Shown here: piece by piece, positions 53,798 through 64,000 of the stretch
Position numbering within the stretch: the stretch's first letter is position 1
Layout: every line of letters starts with the position of its first letter
From: Octopus vulgaris
Lineage: Eukaryota
Assembly: GCA_951406725.2 (NCBI GenBank)
Contig: OX597835.1
Span: forward strand, 38,936,001 to 39,000,000
Direction: 5' to 3'
DNA length: 64,000 nucleotides
Translations under genes and position numbers: made by a program
Notes under the pieces: model-generated
Seen by the model: the letters and a program-made list of their open reading frames with translations, nothing else
The model's database searches: none
What the model was told of the DNA's origin: nothing

Positions 53798-54415
53798 TAT
53801 ACATTTATGTGTGTGTGTGTACATATATACATACATTCTTATATGAATATATATTTATGCATACATATATATACATGTATGTATGTCTGTGCGTCTGTGT
53901 GTGTGTGTGTGTGTTTGTGTGTATGTGTGTGTGTGTGTGTGTGTGTTTGTGTGTGTGTAACATGCATAGCAACTTTATTTATTAATGCTTTTCAGATATA
54001 TCTTCGAATTACTTGCACAACCTCAAGCAAAATATAAGAACACTTCAATCTACTTTACGTCGATGCACAACATAAAGAAACAACGACAGAAAGAAGCAAT
54101 GAAACTTCTTCTAACAGAACACTGAATAAAACACTTGACGATGAGTACATGAAATTCGAAACGTTAAACATAGCAAAGGCAATGTAGTAACAGGTGAAGC
54201 TCTAGAAGTCAGTGAAAAAGTGTACAGACCGAAGGTAGAATATTTATTACAATACGAAGATGGAAATTATATTCTTTTAACAAATACATGCTATGTCAAT
54301 TGTCAGTAACCCTTCGTGATTGTCACTTTTAGTTAATCAACATATAAAATATATGCAATTTGCACTATGTATATGTGAATATGTGTGTGTGCATGTGTGA
54401 GTTTGTATATAGACT

Positions 54416-54492
<77 letters not shown>

Positions 54493-54644
54493 ATATGCGT
54501 ATACATATATATATATATACTTATATGTGTGAGTTTGTGTGCACATATGCATATATATGTATTTGTACGTATGCATACATATGTATATATGTATATAAGC
54601 CTGTATGTGTGTATATATGTATACACACACAAACACACACACAC

Positions 54645-54677
<33 letters not shown>

Positions 54678-54681
<4 letters not shown>

Positions 54682-54974
54682 TACGGAGATGTACTTGCAT
54701 AGCAAGTGATTTGATCTGAGATCGTGTGCTGAAACGAAAACAATTGCAGCGTGGAAGGTGTTTGTAAGCCATTTAAGAAACACACAAAAGCAGTTCGATT
54801 CACTTCAACATTTAAGTTTAATTTGTCAAAATATTTCTTTTTGTCAGTGAACAGGTCGCGGTCTCAAAGCGACGAAAATATTTTGACAAATTAAACTTAA
54901 ATGTTGAAGTGAATCGAACGGCTTTTTTGTGTTTCTTAAATGGCTTACAAACACCTTCCACGCTGCAATTGTTT
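54678..54974. mobile_element. TA-embedded Penelope-like element with ~99-bp inverted arms (54738-54836 / 54876-54974)
   Basis: AAACAATTGCAGCGTGG...GTCAAAATATTT vs AAATATTTTGAC...CCACGCTGCAATTGTTT. Confidence 0.78.
54840..54890 (+). ncRNA. Minimal hammerhead with G3:C8 swapped core
   Basis: TTTGTCA-GTGAACA-G-GTCGC ggtctcaaa GCGAC-GAAAA-TA-TTT-TGACAAA; 7-bp perfect stem I, 5-bp stem II, palindrome AAAATATTTT. Confidence 0.65.
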
Positions 54975-55231
54975 ATATACATATATATACTCACACACAC
55001 ATTTCGTTGTTTCTTGGGTGGGTCGCATTGTCAGTAACTAACACACACTGGTTCTCTTTCATATCTTCATAAAGCTGGGTTTGGTGGTGTATCCCCACAG
55101 GCAATATCACCGAAACTAATTGACTAATAAAAGCAGCAAGTACTGTGAAGGCAGAAAATATAGGATTTGAAATAAGACGACTACAAACAGAACTGCGGAA
55201 TGAACAATGAAGCAGGAGATATATAAAATGG

Positions 55232-55646
55232 AAGGCGGTGAGCTGGCAGAAACGTTAGCACGCCGGGCGAAATGCTTTGTGGTATTTCGTCCGCTGCTGA
55301 GTTCAAATTCCGACGAGGTCGACTTTGCCTTTCATCCTTTCGGGGTCGATAAATTAAGTACCAGTTACGCACTGGAGTCGATATAATCGACTTAACCCGT
55401 TTGTCTGTCCTTGTTTGTCCTCTCTGTGCTTAGCCCCTTGTGGGTAGTAAAGAAATAGAAATAGGTATTTCGTCTGCCGCTACGTTCTGAGTTCAAATTC
55501 CACCGAGGTCGACTTTGCCTTTCATTCTTTCGCGGTCGATTAAAAAAGTACCAGTTACGCACTGGGTTCGATATAATCGACTTAATCCGTTTGTCTGTCC
55601 TTGTTTGTCCTCTCTGTGTTTAGCCCCTTGTGGGTAGTAAAGAAAT
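55232..55646 (+). mobile_element. SINE family B head-to-tail partial dimer
   Basis: Junction at GGTAT 55464-55468; outer TSD AG(A/G)TATATAAAATGG at 55217-55231 and 55647-55661. Confidence 0.9.
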
Positions 55647-56076
55647 AGGTATATAAAATGGGTCACTTGATCAATCAATCATTCAACAGATGAGTTGTTT
55701 AGTCACCATTCACGATCTCATCAATGACACGTATTCTTCCTAGTAAGTCTGTTTAATAAAGAGATGAGGGCATATCATTGATGACATCGTCAATGGTGAC
55801 TACCGCGCTCTTACTAACGAGCTGATCGACTGATTGATTGACTGACTGGTTGGTTGGTTGGTTGGTTGGCTGATCGAACTATCAATCAAGCAGCCCATTA
55901 TTTAATTGATATATTCGTTAAATAGTTCGCTAATTATGATTCGGTAAAAAAATGTAAAGACACCGTTCGGCCGTGAATGACCGTGGGATTGCACCTAGGA
56001 AGTTTCTGGACTAATTTATTTATAGAAGACTATTAGTCACCCATGCATACTAGCCTACCCTCTCCATACCATCGAT

Positions 56077-56387
56077 AGGTCGAGTTTGCTTTTCATCCTT
56101 TCGGGGTCGATAAATTAAGTACCAGTTATGAACTGGGGTCGATATAATCGACTTAATACCTATGTCTGTCCTTGTTTGTCCCCTCTGTGTTTAGTCCCTT
56201 GTGGGTAGTAAAGAAATAGGTATTTCGTCTGCTGCTACGTTCTGAGTTCAAATTCCGCCGAGGTCGACTTTGCCTTTCATATTTTCGGGGTCGATAAATT
56301 AAGTACCAGTTACGCACTGGGGTCGATGTAATCGACTTAATCCTTTTGTCTGTCCTTGTTTGTCCCCTCTAGCCCCTTGTGGGTATT
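56077..56387 (+). mobile_element. SINE family B partial dimer, adjacent to a family D 3' fragment (~55958-56075)
   Basis: Junction at GGTAT 56219-56223. Confidence 0.88.
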
Positions 56388-56439
56388 TAAAAACAAACAT
56401 ATATAATCCTCTTAAATATAATAGCCCGACTGTGAAAGA

Positions 56440-56718
56440 CAGAAAAGGGGAAGACTGCCAATTATTGTGGGAGTCTTGGGGACAGCATCAAAAGGTATTT
56501 AGAAGAACATGAAGAAAATGGGAATTGTATCCAGTAGAGCTATTGAAAAGAAATTTGCTTCGTTGGCACAACCAGAAAGCACCAGATAGCTGAAGAAAAC
56601 AAATTGGCATGATACTGCAGGCTACAGAGCGCCAGTTCTCTATCATTACAAGAGATTCCAGGAATTGAGTTAAGAGAATGATTAATAATAATAATAATAA
56701 TTAATAATAATAATAATG

Positions 56719-56780
<62 letters not shown>
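56440..56780 (+). mobile_element. R4/Dong-like LINE 3' remnant with (AAT)n tail
   Basis: PIIVGVLGTASKGI...KKMGI reading, then (AAT)n at 56683-56780. Confidence 0.55.
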
Positions 56781-56781
<1 letters not shown>

Positions 56782-57330
56782 CCATGATGCAGTACAAGGC
56801 AGTAGCTGTCAATGGCTTCTGATCTTAATTGATTGGAACTGTTATCATGTACATTGTTTTGTCTTGGTATAAAAGATGGGCTACAGCAAATATTCTGCTC
56901 AATACCACAGATTTGCTTGTCAGTTGTTTGACCGTAACCAGTTGAGCATGTCCCTTAGTGGCTGACGACGTGTGTATCTCAGATCATGAGCAGAAATAGT
57001 GGGGGAGCATCATAGCCATGTGTTGAGAGGAATTCTTTGGGGTTTGGATAATTCACATCTGGAAACATGAGTGTTTCCTTCAACAACCTTAAACAACCCT
57101 TATTCGGGGACCTTTTGAGCGGGATGAGCGACTCAACCCTAAGAAAATTCTAACTGCAAGGTCATGCACTGTTTATCTTGATATAAGGTTACCATGTCAC
57201 GAACATCTGGTTGTGATGCATGTGCCTGGTGTACTCTTATCAGATGGGTAGTCGTGATAGGTATACTGGGCTTCGTATATTTTACCCCGGTGTCACTTTA
57301 AAGGTATGCACTGCTCTCTCACTCAATAAA
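56781..57330 (-). mobile_element. Dispersed repeat, probably a LINE 3' region, abutting the (AAT)n tract
   Basis: Second partial copy at 12738-12983; class inferred only from the tail-like tract. Confidence 0.6.
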
Positions 57331-57420
57331 AATAATAATTTCTATATTAACCACAAGAGTTTACATGAAGAAAAGCATTATGGACAGCACAGTACATAAC
57401 AACAAAAAAATGTGTGTGCG

Positions 57421-57469
<49 letters not shown>

Positions 57470-57510
57470 TTAAAATCCTTTATACTATAAGCACAAGGTT
57501 AAAAATTTGG

Positions 57511-57652
57511 GAAGAAGAAGAAGAAGAAGAAGAAGAAGAAGAAGAAGAAGAAGAAGAAGAAGAAGAAGAAGAAGAAGAAGAAGAAGAAGAAAAAGAAGAA
57601 GAAGAAGAAGAAGAAGAAGAAGAAGAAGAAGAAGAAGAAGAAGAAGAAGAAG
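57511..57652. repeat. (GAA)n microsatellite, ~47 units
   Basis: Direct reading. Confidence 0.97.
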
Positions 57653-57710
57653 AGTGGAGGAGGTAACGAGAATCTTAGACTGTGCAAAACCATATAAAAA
57701 TTTAGTAATG

Positions 57711-58076
57711 GGTAAAGGTAAAGAGTAAAGACCCCCTTCGGTCATGAATGACCATGAGATTGCACCTAGAAAGCACACACACTCCCACACACACACGAGG
57801 TGCAAGTCTGGGCAGGGTTGTTTATGGAAGACCAGCAGTCGCCCATGCATACCAGCCTCCCCTCTCCATGCCACCAGTGTTATCGAAGGGAAAAGCAAAG
57901 GGGCCGATTCAGCTTGGCACCAATGACGTCGCAACTCATTTCTACAGCTGAGTGAACTGGAGCAATGTGAATTAAAGTGTCTTGCTCAAGAACACAACAC
58001 ACAACCAGGTCCGGGGACCGAACTCACTACCTCACGATTGTGAGCCCGATGCTCTCTAACCCCTGAGCCATGCGCC
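57711..58076 (-). mobile_element. SINE family D, full length
   Basis: Reverse complement of 22218-22530 with (CTTTAC)-like tail. Confidence 0.82.
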
Positions 58077-58079
58077 GTC

Positions 58080-58400
58080 AAATATGGAAATTGGGGAAAC
58101 TGAGAAATGTCAGAACCTAGCTACAGAACTGTTGAGATTACGGAAGACTAAGATGACCATTATTCCAGTGGCAATCGATCAACTTAGAACAACAACCAAA
58201 ACGCTACCTAAGAGACTGAAAAGATACTGGAACTGAGCCTTGCATTGCCAGCCCGCAGAACAGTGCCAACCTGTATTCTACAAGGAACCTAAGAATGATT
58301 TTCGAGATGCGTATAAGGAGACTTTGTTGTCACCAAACCACAAGACAACGTTCCAGTTAAATAATAGAACAAGTAATAGTTTTAATAATAGTAATAATGG
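58080..58400 (+). mobile_element. R4/Dong-like LINE 3' remnant
   Basis: KTEKCQNLATELLRLRKTKMTIIPVAIDQLRT resembles K..KY..L..E...PVVIGALG. Confidence 0.55.
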
Positions 58401-58635
58401 TAAAAAGTGGTAACATAGAATTTGTGTGTGTGTTTCTCTTTGGTAAAGTGACTCTCACGTGTTACAACATTTGTTTCGACACACGTCTTCCCATTAAGAA
58501 TCTTGAAAAATTATTACGAAAAGGAAACGCTGTGCATATATACGTATACATAATACATATATAGATACCTATATATATATATACATACATGCACACATCT
58601 ATGTATATACATACACACTTATATACATACACACA

Positions 58636-58868
58636 AAGGCGGCGAACTGGCAGAATCGTTAGCACGCCGGCCGAAATGCGTAGCCGTATTTCGTCTGCCG
58701 TTACGTTCTGAGTTCAAATTCCGCCGAGGTCGACTTTGCCTTTCATCCTTTCGGGGTCGATAAATTAAGTACCAGTTACACACTGGGGTCGATGTAATCG
58801 ACTTAATCCGTTTGTCTGTCTTTGTTTGTCCCCTCTATGTTTAGCTCCTTGTGGGCAATAAAGAAATA
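58636..58868 (+). mobile_element. SINE family B, full length, 16-bp TSD
   Basis: TSD TATATACATACACACA at 58620-58635 and 58869-58884. Confidence 0.92.
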
Positions 58869-58908
58869 TATATACATACACACATACATACATACATACA
58901 TACATACA

Positions 58909-58942
<34 letters not shown>

Positions 58943-60140
58943 CATACACACATACATACACACATACAAGCAATATATACATACAGTTTGCAGATACAAT
59001 ATGTATAGGGTCAACAAAAAGTTCTCCATCCAGTCAGAGATAAATTTAAATTCAATATAAACAATTATAAAAGAATTACAAGTTTCATGATTTACGATTA
59101 TTTATAAAACATGCCATATATCTTCAGCAATTTTTCAGGCTCATTTAATACGTTAGACGTATTTAAAAACCAGGACACTGTACTGTAAGAAAACGTGATA
59201 AAATGAGAAGGAAAAAAACGCAATGAAGAAAAGAAACGAAAAGGAAAGAAAAGTAACAAAAAAGCAAGCATTTCGTCCTCTTTGTCTGTAGAAATCATAA
59301 TTAATATACTTGATGCAGAATAATATAACGGAATAGAAGCCAAACTCTGTGAAACAGCTACTCAATCCATAGAGGGTGGTGTTCTCCCATTCGACAAAAA
59401 GACCCTTGATAATTTGCTTGCAACGGCAAAAATTTCAGATCTGGAATTAAGCAGTGTGGTGGAATCTTTGGACCTTAAAAGTATGTGCCGTCTTACAGCG
59501 ACTCATAAATTGCGTTTTTTAGATCTATTAACATATAGCTTGGATTTCTCCATGATTCTCCACTTCGTTGTATACGGTGTGGAGTTGGACTTTAAACCCT
59601 ATACGTGGCTAGGCAACTTAGTAGCTTCGCTTTTGTCGCTGTGCCGCAAAGAAGATGAGTGGTTAGCATAACGTTTTTTAAAAGCCTCTTCGCATAACCC
59701 GATAATAGTCTTTGTTTTTTGGGGTTTTTTCGGTTATCTTGAAGCGTTGCTGTTACTTCGACCTCGTGTACAACGGGGTTTATCATTCAGTTTTGTTGAA
59801 TATATTGGATAAAGATGGGATCCGTTGCTACAATAGATAATCACAACTCAATTTGAAAAACAGCGCAGATTTGCATAGTTTCGCTGTTGTAACTATCAAG
59901 TGGAATATTACATAAAAGTATTCTGACAAGTGGCAATGTTATGGATATACATGTCGATATTTTCGGAGGTGAGAGTCATGAAATTCTCGTAAAGTAAACA
60001 GAAGCAAGTTTAAATACTGTGCCGCATTGTTTAACGCAATTTTCAGCAGTAACAAATTTCTGAAATATATACACACAAATCTATGTGTGTGCGTTTCTGC
60101 GCGTGTGTACATGAATATGTGTACGCATATGTACATGCAT

Positions 60141-63100
<2,960 letters not shown>

Positions 63101-63271
63101 GTGTGTGTATTCCCTCGTCGGTCTGATGATAGTCAACAGGATCGCTTTGACTGTACAAATCGGAGTTCTCTTATCTCCGAATGTATTTCCCATCTTTTTG
63201 AAATTTTCACAACATCACTACCATTATCACCAGCTCCAGGATCGATATCAAACTCCACAATCACTAAGATG

Positions 63272-63455
63272 CAGCACCATCATTATCACCGTTACCAATA
63301 CCATCATCATTATCATTATCATCACCACCACCACCACCATCGTCTTCGTCATCATCACAACTATTATCGTCGTCGTCGTCATCGTCATCATCACCATCAT
63401 CACCATCATCATCATCATCATCATCATCATCGCCGTCGTCGTCATCATCATCATC

Positions 63456-63534
<79 letters not shown>

Positions 63535-63674
63535 CCACCACCACCACAACCATCATCATCATCATCATCATTATTATCATCATCATCATCATCGTCATCA
63601 TCATCATCACCATCATCACCATCATCATCATCATCATCATCATCACCACCACCACCACCACAACCACCACCACC

Positions 63675-63706
<32 letters not shown>

Positions 63707-63740
63707 CATCGTCATCATCATCTTCATCTTCATCTTCACC
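63272..63740. repeat. (CAT)n/(CAC)n trinucleotide microsatellite
   Basis: Direct reading; source of the poly-His ORF. Confidence 0.95.
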
Positions 63741-64000
63741 AATCCCCCATCATCGACATCGATAATTCATCATAATACTTTGTCCATTAATATTAAGAAA
63801 CTGTGTCTGCGTACGGTGCGTGTGCGTGTGCGCGCCATGCGATTCTGTGCTTGTATGTGTGCAGTTGCGTATGTGTGCCTATGTGTATGTTAGTGTACGT
63901 GTGTTATAGTGTGCGTATGTGTGTATGTGTATGTGTGTCTGTATATGAGTGAATGAACAAAGGAAAACAGTAACACTCAACACATTAGGTTGGAGTTCCA

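Noticed and set aside
54131-54170. TTGACGA-T-GAGT...ATTC-GAAACGTT hammerhead-like string
   Set aside because: No stem I and a weak stem II; at best a heavily decayed copy
59290-59400. TQSIEG reading, like Merlin/ISXO2 transposase HTQxIE
   Set aside because: Six residues only, no supporting frame or other motifs

Overview
AT-rich, repeat-saturated eukaryotic non-coding DNA (intron or intergenic). The SINE repertoire and microsatellite density match my recollection of octopod cephalopod (Octopus-like) genomes, which is an inference. I found no credible host protein-coding exon, and nearly all ORFs in the track are translations of microsatellites or SINEs. The window holds many copies of at least five tRNA-headed SINE families (called A-E here), LINE remnants (CR1, RTE, R4/Dong-like), a decayed Penelope ORF (YRDDG RT motif), DNA-transposon MITEs (mariner, Tc2/pogo-like, a GG-ended 8-bp-TSD MITE carrying TTAGGG repeats) and a Helitron-type 3' end. 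The main unexplained signal is about 13 minimal type-I hammerhead-ribozyme motifs from roughly 8 unrelated AT-rich elements. These elements mostly sit in (TA)n tracts and often carry fold-back inversions, as Penelope-like or retrozyme-like elements do. Their cores include C3:G8, U3:A8 and G3:C8 versions of the tertiary pair. A second signal is that SINE family B inserts at GGTA(T)-like microhomology to its own 3' end, including into itself. All coordinates were read by eye.
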